From Sphagnum compactum (taxonomy: Eukaryota), in assembly GCA_965153455.1 (NCBI GenBank), contig OZ234493.1:23054213-23118212 (forward strand): a DNA stretch of 64,000 nucleotides. The letters run 5' to 3'. The translations under genes were made by a program, and so were the position numbers. A model generated the notes under the pieces. It had not been told where the DNA came from, made no database searches, and saw only the letters and a program-made list of their open reading frames with translations. Below, one piece after another: positions 11,357 to 23,299 of this stretch; the first letter of the stretch is position 1, and the number at the start of each line of letters is the position of its first letter.

Positions 11357-13638
11357 CCAATTAGGTTTCAATGGCAATTGCAATGAAACTCATTATTGCT
11401 TTTGGATCATTCCACACAATTGATAATTGAATCATTTTGAAAAAAACTTGCATTTTAGATTGGTATTTGGCTCTATCACCTCCCATTATTTAGTTGGAAA
11501 ATATGCTAAACACACATGGTATATTAGCAAATAAATACTCTTATCACAATATCTTACATGTTTTAATTGCATCCCCATCATTCCTTGCAACTTCAAGTAC
11601 TAAAACTATAAATAAATAAATAAATATATATCTTAGCAAAATTTGATGCAAAAAAAAATAATCATAAAAAATATGCGACTTAAATAGGTGCATATTAGAA
11701 AATTAGCTAATAATAGGGTGGGGAAAAAACTCTCACATAATGCCCCCAAAAAATTCCTTATTTGTCATATGTGGTGTAAAATTTTAACATCGTGTCCTAA
11801 TTAGGTCCAATTTTGTTAATATATGTATCTTAAAAATATAACCATTGTTTCATTTTGTGTATTTAACATTTCAGAAAAAAAAGAAAAAAAAGGATTTTTT
11901 TAATGCAATATTTTTTTCAATATGTTGGTATTATCTATATATCTTGAAAATTTGAAATCAATCTAATGAATAAAAAACATTGAAAAACGTTTTGAAAACT
12001 ATTGTAACCATTAGTTTTAAACAATGAAAAAACACACACACAAAATTCCAATTTCTTGAATTCTTTGAAAATGACATGTTTCTGAATTTATTTTAACATA
12101 ACAATATAATGAATTTTTAAAATAAATTTGAATTTTTTTCTTAAAAGATGTTTTCCAAGATTTTCCAAATAAACAATAAATAAGTAGTTACATGAGGGGG
12201 CATTTCTAACTCATTATAAAGTGTTTAAAACCCCCACCCCAAATTTGTGTGAAGGCCTAGGGAATGTGCCCAAGTCTTTGAAGTTTTTCACAACACATTT
12301 TATTAGAAAGTTTGCCTCAATACCTTATTGCAAATCTTTGGGATGCACATCAAATGATCCCTTATTCCTTTATTTCGAACCCCAACCATGAATGAGCCTT
12401 ATTAAAATTGAAAAGATTTTGAATATATTCTCATAATCCAATTCTGAACACCCTATTTTCAATTAAGCAAATCGCATAATTTATTTAGTTTCAATATGGT
12501 GTACTTTATATTTTCTTGCACATTCATTTGGGAAAAAAATGGAAGTAACTTCCTCAAACTGTTTTCCAATTACTTTGAAGTTAGTGCCATTAATTTGATT
12601 TAAAAATTGGACCTTCATTATTTTTTGTTTGTTGGTGTGGTTTCAATGTTGATTCCAACTTGAAACATCACCTCTCATCAATTTACCCTAGTGACTAGAC
12701 CCAAATCAAGTCTAAAAATTGGTTGAAATGCGAAAGCAACCAATGTTGGTTTGAGTATTTGCAAGCTACAATATTGATAAAAGGATGTCACAATGTCACG
12801 GTTTTGGCATGCTTCTAGATTAATAGAAAGTGTCACAAGTCAAATGGTTTTTTAATTTTGTGAAAAGGGATTCATGTACATGATTCTTGTTTAATTTCAT
12901 CTAACACAATTTTCGAGTTGTTTCAAAACCTAATGTCTTACACCAAGTAGGGGATTCTCTAATGCAACCAACTTGCAATGTCATAGTACATATAAAACTT
13001 ATAAATTGACCCATCAATGATAATTTCTAATGAATCATGGTTATATTTTCTATGAAAACTTCATGAATGTGGTTAATAAATCAAAATAAAAGTTTCTAAA
13101 TGAATTTCAACATGGCATGTGAATGTCATGGATTTCAAAATACACCAAAATTAAAGAAAATGTCAATGTTTTTTAAAAACAAGATAAATGTTGTAGGACT
13201 TTTATTTTAAAAATTCACAAATATTCTATCTTACACTATCAATTTAGTACTATTTAGAACTAAATTTTTACAATCTTGCCATTCATTGAGCTTGCAACCA
13301 AAGTTGAGGCAAGATAGGGGAATCAAGTTATAAACAAGTTGAAAGCACGGTGTCAACCAAAGAAATGAGACATTCATCCAAACAAACATGGCAATGTGTG
13401 CAAATAAAAGGTGAACAATACAGTTCCTAAAGTTTACAACTCCCGACATGCACTTGTACTTTGGTGGTTCAGAATAAATTTTAAAGCTTCAAATGTTCAA
13501 AATAACATTTAAATGCTTGAACTAATGTTCATAGATTAGGCATTGGGAAGGAAGGACATTTAATTTATAAGTTAAGTTTTAAGGTATGTACACTAAATTT
13601 TTTGAGTTTGGTCGCTATTGCCATTGAAACCTAATTGG
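11357..13638. mobile_element. Unclassified TIR element (~2.3 kb)
   Basis: Perfect 22 bp inverted repeat CCAATTAGGTTTCAATGGCAAT / ATTGCCATTGAAACCTAATTGG, extending imperfectly to ~36 bp. No recognisable ORF inside and no clear TSD. Confidence 0.7.
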
Positions 13639-15595
13639 ACAATTGATTTCTTTAAAAAAAGTGAATTAAAACATAAACCAAGGTGTTGCTCCTTTTCAAA
13701 TAGGTTCACGTTTTCTAGGTAGATAAAGACAACTCTACTTTAAAAAATGTTTAGGCAAGTTGTTGCATTTGATTAAATTTTATAATTAATACATAATCTC
13801 TATTTTTGAAATGTGTACATTAGCTAAACAAACTAATGTTACACAAAAAAAATTTAATTTAATTGTGTGCAATAGAAATGCAACTAAATTTGGTACTAAA
13901 CCAAACTAGCTTTAGAGTTTTTGTGAAGAAGGCCAAAACTAGAGGATTTAGAAATCCAAAAACTTGATCTCAAGATGAAATTGAAGGTTTCATAAAAAAA
14001 ACAAAAAAAACAAGTAGCTAACTAGAACCAAAGGTTCCTTTTCAAATTAAAAACTAGACAACTCTAGTTAAAACATGATTGAATTGACTAATTTTGATAC
14101 ATTCATTGAAAATATTTCAAAGTGGGTTACAACTAGATTCGGTCCTCATGCCCAAAACATATTGATTCCTTAATAGTTGGCAATGTTTGAAAAGTTAAAA
14201 CACTCGTTGTCAAAAACAATCTTTCACCATTCAAATCATAATTTGAAAAAGAAATTGATGTCCTAATTAAGAGCCTAACATGATGTTGAAAATTTCTCAG
14301 CAAAGGTTACAAGTTGCCTCTTTTTTCTTGCAAACTTTTGCCAAAAAGAGAAATAAAAAATAAAAAATTCAAAAAAAAAGATTTCAGAGAGTTTCAATTG
14401 TTAGAAGTGAGAGAACAGTAGTTAAAATCAATAATATTTTTATATTTAGTTTTAAGTGTGCAGCCATAAATATAAAGGTTGATTAATGATTTATATTTCA
14501 TGTTTAGTTTATAACCAAATTTGGCTAAATCTTCCTATGGATGATCACAACTTAAGCTACATAAACAAATCCTTTAACAAAACACTAGTTACAAGTCCAA
14601 TGTGCTTGCATGTTCCAACCAACTAAATTTTCATACAAGTTATACGGTTCCAAAGTTCCACGACATGTCATTTGAAAAGGTTGTTATGAGAGTTATAAGA
14701 AAATGAGCTCAAATGACACATAACTGAAATCAATTCAATTTGGCAAGCAATAAATATTACGAAGTTAAAAGAATTCTAAGACAAAAAAAAAAAGTGTTTG
14801 AATTTCGAGAAGGGACTACGAAAGTTTTGAGAATTTTTGCCATCTTAATGAATATGGTGCATGGGAAAGTCAAAGAGTACAAATAAATAATTTGGTAGGT
14901 CATGAAAGAAAAACATGTTCAAAAAAATCACATTCCCTCCTTCCAGTGGCAGCCAAAATTGGAGGTTAAAATTTATTTTAAATAATAATAATAATAATAA
15001 TAATAGTAATAATAATAATAAAAGAACTGGTTATTAGTTTAAAATATATTTATTGCAAATGTGTTCTGTGAGATTTGGTGGTCTGTCAAGATCTGATTTC
15101 TATGAGCACAAGTTGACTGGAAGGTTGTTTTTGTCACATTGATGCCCTCTTCTGTGTGGCAAAAGGACAAGTGTTTCCAAAGCAAGCAGATGGAGAAGCA
15201 GAAGGGGTGTAGTAATAAGATTCTTGAGGTCTTCACCAGTGTTGTTGATCTAGTAATTACACACAAATTGTAGATACCAATCTGGTACTGGTTATATATG
15301 GATCTCCAAAAAAATTTGAAGTACCAGATGCATAATGGTATTCCTCTGATCCATATATAATATATGTGCTACGTATAATTGGAAGTTATGAAATGGTTAT
15401 ATGATGATGATGGTATCATTATGAATCTGATAAATATATTATACCAGCAGGTAATGTATAGTAAGTAATTCTGGTATCAATCAGACCTCTGATTGATTGA
15501 TGATGCATTTTTTTTGATGTCATGTATGTTACACAATCAAAAGTTTTACACAAGAAACAATAATACCAGCCATTGAAAATGCTGACATCTCACGT

Positions 15596-15770
15596 CACTA
15601 TTACGAAATGTGGGTGTAGTTCATTAGACACCTTTCATGACTATTACAAAATGTGGGTGTAGTTCACTAGTTTCCTTCTTGTTCAATGAACCAAATAAAT
15701 TCATTGCATTCTCGTTAAGTCCTGTTCAATGAAACCAGTGAATTCACTCAAAATCTAATGAAATCGCATA
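15596..15770. mobile_element. Repeat family B copy with a duplicated terminus
   Basis: ACTATTAC.AAATGTGGGTGTAGTTCA occurs twice, ~44 bp apart. Confidence 0.7.
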
Positions 15771-16204
15771 GAAAACATGATCATATTTTACTACGTATTC
15801 ACTTGCAAATCATTGCATATCCACATAAAACTGGCACTTGCTATAGGTAAATCCAAAAACCTACAAAGCCCAAGTTATACATGAGAAACATGATCAGGCA
15901 TTGAAATGCCATAACCTCTCACAAATGGAGGAAGGATCGATACACCTCAACTCGCATTGTGTTGACTAGGTGGTGGCTTGGGGGGCAATTCTGTATTGGG
16001 GCTAATCCTTAGTACATTTTACTCTATTTTTTTTCTTTGGAGTTTCTTCAGGAGTTGAACTGAGTACTTTAAAAAAGATCAAACCCAAAGAGCTTGGCGG
16101 GTCATTAAGACTCAACTTTTGAAAGACACGACATGTCTGCACACACACAGAAGAAAAACACCCAATGGGGTTGAGACATTGACAACCTTGTTCACACACA
16201 AGGA

Positions 16205-16536
16205 ACAAGGGGTGTGTCACTCACACTGTGGCCTTGCCAATTACATTAAAAAGTCTTTTAAGGCAAAAGAAGAAGAATTATGAAAACTCAAATATTTCAC
16301 CATGCAAAAATATAATCTTCAAAAAATCCTCTAAAAGAAACCAAAATCCATCACGATCATATTATAACTCTATAACTAATCTCAAGTTTCAAACCAAGCC
16401 AAAATATCATCCTTCAAACAACCTCATATAAAAATAGACCTATTATTATTACCTAGAGGGCCAAAATCCCTTAAGCTACTATACTCTCTAATGAATCTAA
16501 ACACAATCTCCTTGCCTTGGTAGGCAAGGCCAATAA
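16205..16536 (-). mobile_element. Repeat family A copy 4
   Basis: AACAAGGGGTGTGTCAC..GGCCTTGCC..GGTAGGCAAGGCCAATAAA; full length. Confidence 0.85.
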
Positions 16537-17099
16537 ACTAGGAAAAAGTCTTGGTCATTACCACTCCTTAGCCTTAGCTTCAAATTTCTAAGAATTCCCA
16601 AATGTCAGGATAATACAAATTTTACACTGCAAAAAAAAGCAGTCCATATGGGGCCTGCCTAATCTAATCTAATCTTTTAGGGTTTTAAGAGAATTAGGGC
16701 TATATTGTAGTTAATGTGGAACTGGACTGAATTCTGAACTGGACTGGAAATGAAGTTCTTTGGAAGAATAGCAGGAGCTGAGGTTTAGAGGTGTAGTAAG
16801 GGTAAATAAAAGCCTGGGGGTGATGGCATTACCAAAATAAGCTGCAGAGGTCAAGGACTGCTGCTGTGACTCTGCAAAACATGCACATCCTTCCAGGGCT
16901 CTCAAGGCGCCCTGCAAGTGTCTAATAAATACATCAAAATCGTGTCTTTATTGAGTACTCCCCTGTTTTTGATTGACTAGATAGTTTGATTGCTCCAGGT
17001 GGGCTTGGTTGCTGTGTTAGTACTCTCCCACCCCATTTGCAGTCCCAGTTTTAGTTTTATGGGTGTGGTTGGAAAAAAAGTAAATAAGGTAACTAAAAC

Positions 17100-20000
17100 C
17101 AGTAGTGTTGGGTGGGTATTAACTTTTTTTTTTTTTTTGCATACCTGCCTCTTCCATCTGGTTCCCAAATGTTTTTTAAATTTAAGAATCGAGCCAGTTC
17201 TCACCTTTTTTTTTAATTTTTTTGGGAAAAACATTTCACATCCTTTCTGGGTCTTTTTTTAAAAATTTCATTATGCCCAACTGGACGAAATTTTCACAAC
17301 TAGTTCTTTATTCATATAGATTAGTTGGTTATATTAGGTTAGTTCTTTAACTTCAATTTCAGATTTTAGGATTAAGAATTTTAAATATTTTTAAAAAACT
17401 TCATAGGCCAAAAAAGAAATCAAAGTTCTAATATCAAAACAAAAATATGTGATCACACTTCAAAGATATACAAAACAAAAAAATTAGATTAAATCCTTTT
17501 TCAATGCATTTTGTTGAAATGAGTCTTCAAACTCATCCAACTCCTACTCTAAGTCTAATTCAAAGTCTATCAAATTTATCAAATTATTAGGAGTCTTGTA
17601 GTTTGCTTTTGCATCATTTGGTCAATTTTTATTCACAAAGATAAATTTCTCAAGGTTATTTGATTGTAAGTGGCATCTTCTTAAATTGGGGAAAATTTCT
17701 CTTTGTTTCAATTTAAAACTTACAATCTTTTATATTTTTAAAAATACAAAGCCAACAATTGAGAACATGGTTTCATGTTTTCTCCACCACTCCAAATGAC
17801 ATTTGATATCTTTTGCATCCACTTGATATTTATGAACTATCAACAATTCTTTTTAAGTAACAAGCTCTTTTGTAGGTTCATTGGTATTAGCCACCATCTC
17901 AAAAATGTCCAAGTTTCTATCTTCATCAATTTTACAAACAAGGGAACTTTTAACTTCGGATGCAAATAACGATAAGATTTCAAAAGCATAAAAAACAAGA
18001 ATTTTTTATCATACTATTCACTACGGCCACCCCATGCTCTTGCCCAATAAAAAAATAAATCAATTTCAAACTTTTGAATCTAGGATGTAACATCAAGGCT
18101 AGCATATTATGAGTTTTTCTCTCGTCATATTTTGTCAAGAAAGAAAAGGAAGAAAGCAATGACCTGAATGAATGTTTTTTTATGTTTTTGCAAAAGTTCT
18201 CAACTCAATAGGTAAGTTAGAATCACCATCAATGAAATCATTTGATTAAAGGAGATGGTTGATTTCTTCCTTTAACCTTAGGTTCATGAATATGGTTGCA
18301 TTCAAAACATCATTCAATAACCATAAGAGACAAAATGTCTATTATAGTCTATGGTATATGCCATGTGAATGGAGGGGGCACATGGCTAGCAACCCTAGGA
18401 CTAGTTTGTTTATTGTAATAGAGGGTAATGGTTTCTTGAAAATGAAGGGTGTTTTGAAACATGATCATTTTGCTTGCAAAGCTACACAATTTGCATTAGC
18501 AATTAGAAGGCAACATTTTGAATTAAAAGATTTAAAACAATAAAAAGGAAAAAAATCAAAGCTAAGTAACTTGCATTTTAGTTTGTTTTCACTAGCATGT
18601 TCAATTTTCTAGGCTTGAGGTTTGGAATAATGCAAGTTTTGATCAATTCATGTTTTCCTTTCCTTGACTTTTTAGGCCATGTAATACATTTCTATAATTT
18701 GCCCAAGCAAATTTAATGGAAACACATTTCAAGCCTTTAAAGACTCTCTTTTTAATAGTTACATATTGGGAAGCCCTAAAAGAAACATGTTCAAAGCAAG
18801 TCCCTTGTAAACTTTCCATCACACCGAAAGTTTCACAACTTTCTATTAAATTCAAAGCAATGATCATGGTATTCAAATTTGCACCTTCATCCTTAACATA
18901 AGAAAACTATTTTTAATCAAGACATATTGCTCTAAAAGGTCTTACAAACTTCTTTGCCATGCTTACCTTGATGTTTTAGATGTTTCATATAAACTAATTA
19001 TAATGTGTTTAAACATCCAATTTTTCTCCAAGAAATTCACAATCAGTGCAAAAACATTATGTGCCCCTTTGGACATCTAAAAATCAAAACTCAATGTAGT
19101 AGTAGAAACACACTTTGCTAATATTGGTAAAACATATGTTTGTTTTGTCTTTTTGACCAAGTTTGATAACACTTTTTGACTAAAAGTTTTTTTTGGAAGG
19201 GAAAACAACATGAGGGCATAATTTCATACTAGACAGTTCAACCAAATACTTTTAACAAACTAAATACACAAATGGTTTTTAAAAATTAATAAACCCAAAT
19301 TCTCCACAAAAGAATTCTAGTTCACATCATCCTTTTCGTAAAGACTTATGGCTCCCAAAAAATTGGAGATTGCATTTACATTCACTATTAACCTTTTCTT
19401 TTATAGGTTGTTTTTCCAATGGACTTTTTAGGCTGCTATTCATTTTTTCCTCAAATTTTTTGACAATAAACACATGGTCTATGTCCACATGTTTTTTTGA
19501 TGTGTTATTTCATTACTTTTGAAATATGAAACAAAACCTTTCCTCGAGTTTGTTTTTTGTTTCAATAATGCATGATTTAATATTCTATTGCAACACATCA
19601 TATAATTCATGACTTGCGACATCTTAACATGAATTAGTGATTCATCATCAACACAAAAAAATGCCCAAGTTGAAGAATTTTTGCCATGGGGTTTCCACTT
19701 TAATTTTTGTTCATGCAATTTTTTCATCATTAATCAAAAATGTCATCATCATCTAATTGAAAACTTGGAATTTCTTTAGACAAGTTTTCACCTTCAAATT
19801 TTTCATATGTTTTTATTTCATTCTCATTCATGAATACATCACAACCATCATTTAGGAAATTTGGTTCCATTCTTAGGATCTGTTAATAGATAAGGGCTAG
19901 AAAATGAAACAATTGCATTCATTTTAATTTTGTAGAATGTGAAAATGCACACTAATTCTTCACAAGTAGATTTATTTTTTATGAAATACAATATGCAAGT

Positions 20001-20910
20001 AAATTGCTCAAGTGTTCAAGTGGAAAATTGTTTCAAAATATCCTTTAACAATAAAAGGTAAAAGTTAAGGTTGTAAGCAATGTTTCCAATTTGAAAATTA
20101 TTCTTGCACAAACAAATCTAAACATAATGAGCACATTATCTTCAATATAAGAAGAAGTGTTTTTTATAAAATCACACAAGTTTAAGAAACAAATTAAAAA
20201 AATGTAGCTAAAGTGCAAATCTTTTTGTCAAAGCCTTGCAACCATTAACCTTATGCCTCCAACAAAACTCTGACTTATAGGACAATGCAAAGGTAGGGTT
20301 GGTACCAACCACAAAAGAGGAAAACAACACAAGGAACAATAATGGCAATACCTTTAAAAAAATAAACGAACACAATGAACACATGGAGTAACATGATCAA
20401 CGCTACTAACAACACATTGTGGACTAGCAACCAACAACAACATGATGAAATTCAACAATAACACGACGATGAACTTGTGTAAAAACACAAGGAGCACCTT
20501 CAAAAACATGATAAACATTAGAAACAATGTACTTGGGTTATAATCTCACTTCCCACGCAAGAAAACTGATGCCTCCAACTTGCACATTAGACTTAAATGC
20601 CTCCATTTTAAACCTAAAAACCCACCTCCACCCTTAACCGTAACTCCTAACTAAGCATAAATTCCCTACTCCTAGACCCCTAAGAATTGGACTTAGGGGT
20701 TATTTATAAGCCTACCCGAGTATCAAAATTTGAATTAAAAAAAAAAAACCCAATTCTTTGTGAATTGGGTATCTCAAGTTACATACCTTGAAATCTGGGT
20801 ATTATATCAGGTATCACCCTAAGTGATACCCGACTGATTCTTTGTGTAAGAACTGGTTGAGAGCCAGCCAGGTCGGTTCTGTACCACAGTTTGGTACGTG
20901 CCCAACACTG
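17100..20910 (-). mobile_element. Degenerate hAT DNA transposon (~3.8 kb) with transposase pseudogene
   Basis: TIRs CAG(TAG)TGTTGGG..CCCAACACTG; 8 bp TSD ACTAAAAC/CCTAAAAC. Minus-strand remnants in hAT order: BED-finger-like TWAFF (~19670), TLSFDF*MSKGAHNVFALIVNF..W..KHI (~19000-19110), YVKDEGANLNTM (~18880), TCFEH (CxxH, ~18790), C-terminal LEWWRKHETMF..LRRCHLQSNNLEKFIFVNKN (~17620-17810). Confidence 0.9.
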
Positions 20911-21169
20911 CCTAAAACTTGGATGTGAGAAATATTTGTGCAGAGTCACATACTGAGCACCATTGGAAATGCTATATAAGAAATTGGAAGAACCCTCTTC
21001 AATTAGAGAAATGCAGGTGACATTACATACATGTTCAAAGAAGTTGAGCTAGAAACACAAACTGGAGGTTTTTTTATTCACATGAAAAAAAAAGAAAGCA
21101 AGATGGAACGAGAACAAGACTAAAAAGCTTGAATTGAAGACCAAGAAGAACTAGACAACATTATTAAAA

Positions 21170-21483
21170 GGAAAATTTTAAATTCACACCTTTTTTGGTT
21201 AAATTCACACCCTTTCTTCGCGAGTCCGATTATATGCAGATTAAATTTGAGTGTGTCTGCCCCACCCCCCTTAAACAGTACGTGCAACGTAATAGGAGAT
21301 GGAGTTCGCGACGCGGCAAGAGCTGATCGAAGATCTCAGCAACAACTACGAACAGGAAGGAGTGGTCCTCACCATCAAGACAAGCAAGGAAAAGCGGGTG
21401 GTCATGAAGTGTGACCGAGGCGGGGAGTACGACGCGCGAAGGGTGTGAATTTAACCAAAAAAGGTATGAATTAAAAATTTTCC
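21170..21483 (+). mobile_element. Non-autonomous Mutator-like (MULE) element, 314 bp
   Basis: ~45 bp TIRs GGAAAATTTT.AATTCA.ACCTTTTTTGGTTAAATTCACACCCTT; perfect flanking repeat TATTAAAA (21162-21169, 21484-21491). Internal ORF 21299-21448 MEFATRQELIEDLSNNYEQEGVVLTIKTSKEKRVVMKCDRGGEYDARRV* resembles MULE/FAR1-type transposase N-termini (CDRGG.Y). Confidence 0.85.
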
Positions 21484-23299
21484 TATTAAAATTATTATTA
21501 TTATTATTATTTAATAAAAAGCAAAGCTAGGAAACAAAGACCAAAAGTTATTATGTTCAAAACCAAGAACCATAAACAACACTGGTTTGACCATTACCAT
21601 TATGAGTACATGAGGTGGTAGAAAAAGTAAAAGAAGTATCCAGTAGTCTGGTTGAGCCTGAAGGAGTAAACTCATAAAGTACAAATTCTAAGTGGCAAAA
21701 AAAGGAGGAGAGAGATACTTTAATACTACTACTGGAGATTCTGAGAGGATGTAAGTAAAGCAAAAAACAGAAGCAAAAGTACACCTACTGAAGTTTGTGT
21801 TGTAATGGAAAAAATGGTTAGGGAGCTCTCGGAGTATCTTGGCCATCTTCAACACATGTCCATCCATCGAAGAATAATTAATTAATTAATTTTGAAAAAT
21901 TCATTTCAACAAATATGGAATAATATTGCTTAATATTCACTATTTATTATCCTTCACAATAATAATTTTTTTTTGATTTAGAAGAAATTAAATAATATTG
22001 GATAGACAATTTCAACATTTCTGAAAAAATATATATAATTAATTAGTGTCCAATTGGCCAAGCTGCTGGTACTGGGGGCTAATAACTGACCAGCATAGAA
22101 GAAGAACAAAAATTAGGTCACCAAAGAAATTGGATGCCCATAAGGGGAATAATAATTTCTTACAGGGTACACTTAATTAGGTACCTACCAGTTATTATTA
22201 TTATTGAGGAGGGGGGTGGGGGGGGGGGGGGGAAGCTGTAACTGATTCCACATAGAATAATTAAGTCAGGGGCAGTTGCTTAATTAATTTAGTTTACCCA
22301 AAACTGGAGAGAAAGGGAAAAACACAGAGCAGTAGTTTAGGGTTTAGGGTTCAGGGTTTATAGGTAGGTACCCACCCAGTTAGTTGTTGGTTACAACCCT
22401 GGAAAGGAGTTCACCTAACCCTCTTTAATTATTAGTGTACAGAAAAATTTAAAACTTGTAACTGATGATAGTTCACATGCAGTTTTCAAATGGGTGGTGG
22501 CTTTGGGTGGCAGAAATTTTATCTGTCATGTGCACCAGTCAGTGTGATAAGGGGTGGAAGGGAGGGGAGGGGAGGGGAGGGGGGGTGCTTGTCTCTTAAG
22601 TAAGAAAGAACCGGCGGGTAAGTTCCGGGTATAAGGACCCTTTAGGCCAGCAGATCTGTTTTTTTTTTTGGAAAAAAAATTTAAATTTATTTTAAAGCAG
22701 ACTTAGAACCATTGGTTCTCAAGAAAATCAAAGGACAAGTTGAACATAAAGCTCTGCCCTGAGGTCCTGGACTGGCAGTTCTTTTTTGGCCAGTTCCTTC
22801 AGGGGAAAGCCTTTTTTTTTTTTGGAGATTGTTGTTCAGAAACCCAGGGACCAGTGTTTTGTTGTGAATTTTTTAGCTTAGAAAACTTGGAAAGTAGATA
22901 GTGGTTTTATAACAAAACCCCTTTAAACCCAGTGCTGGCTGGTGTGGTTATTTGATTTTCTGCAATAACTGGGCGGTTGAGGTTCTTACAAAATCTCCAA
23001 AAAATCAAAGAACCCACTGGATTCGGGTTTTTTGAGAAGGAAAAAGAAAATCAGAATCAGCAGTTCTGGTTATTTCAGAAATGTCATAGAACTGGCAAAG
23101 AACCAGAGTTTTGGTTAGTTAGAATGGTGGGCTTTTTGAAAATTTTCAAAAAAATTCAGAACCAAAGGTTCTATCCCAAACCTTGTTTGCTTTTTAAAAT
23201 AAAATAAAATCACCCCTACCGGGTAAGTGGGTTGAATATACCTGGATTGATAACCGGAGGGTATCTGTTGGCAGATTACACAACACTGGGACATTTCGG

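Noticed and set aside
21291..21301. AGGAG before ATG as a Shine-Dalgarno site (bacterial transfer)
   Set aside because: No spacing to the ATG, and the ORF sits within Mutator-type TIRs.
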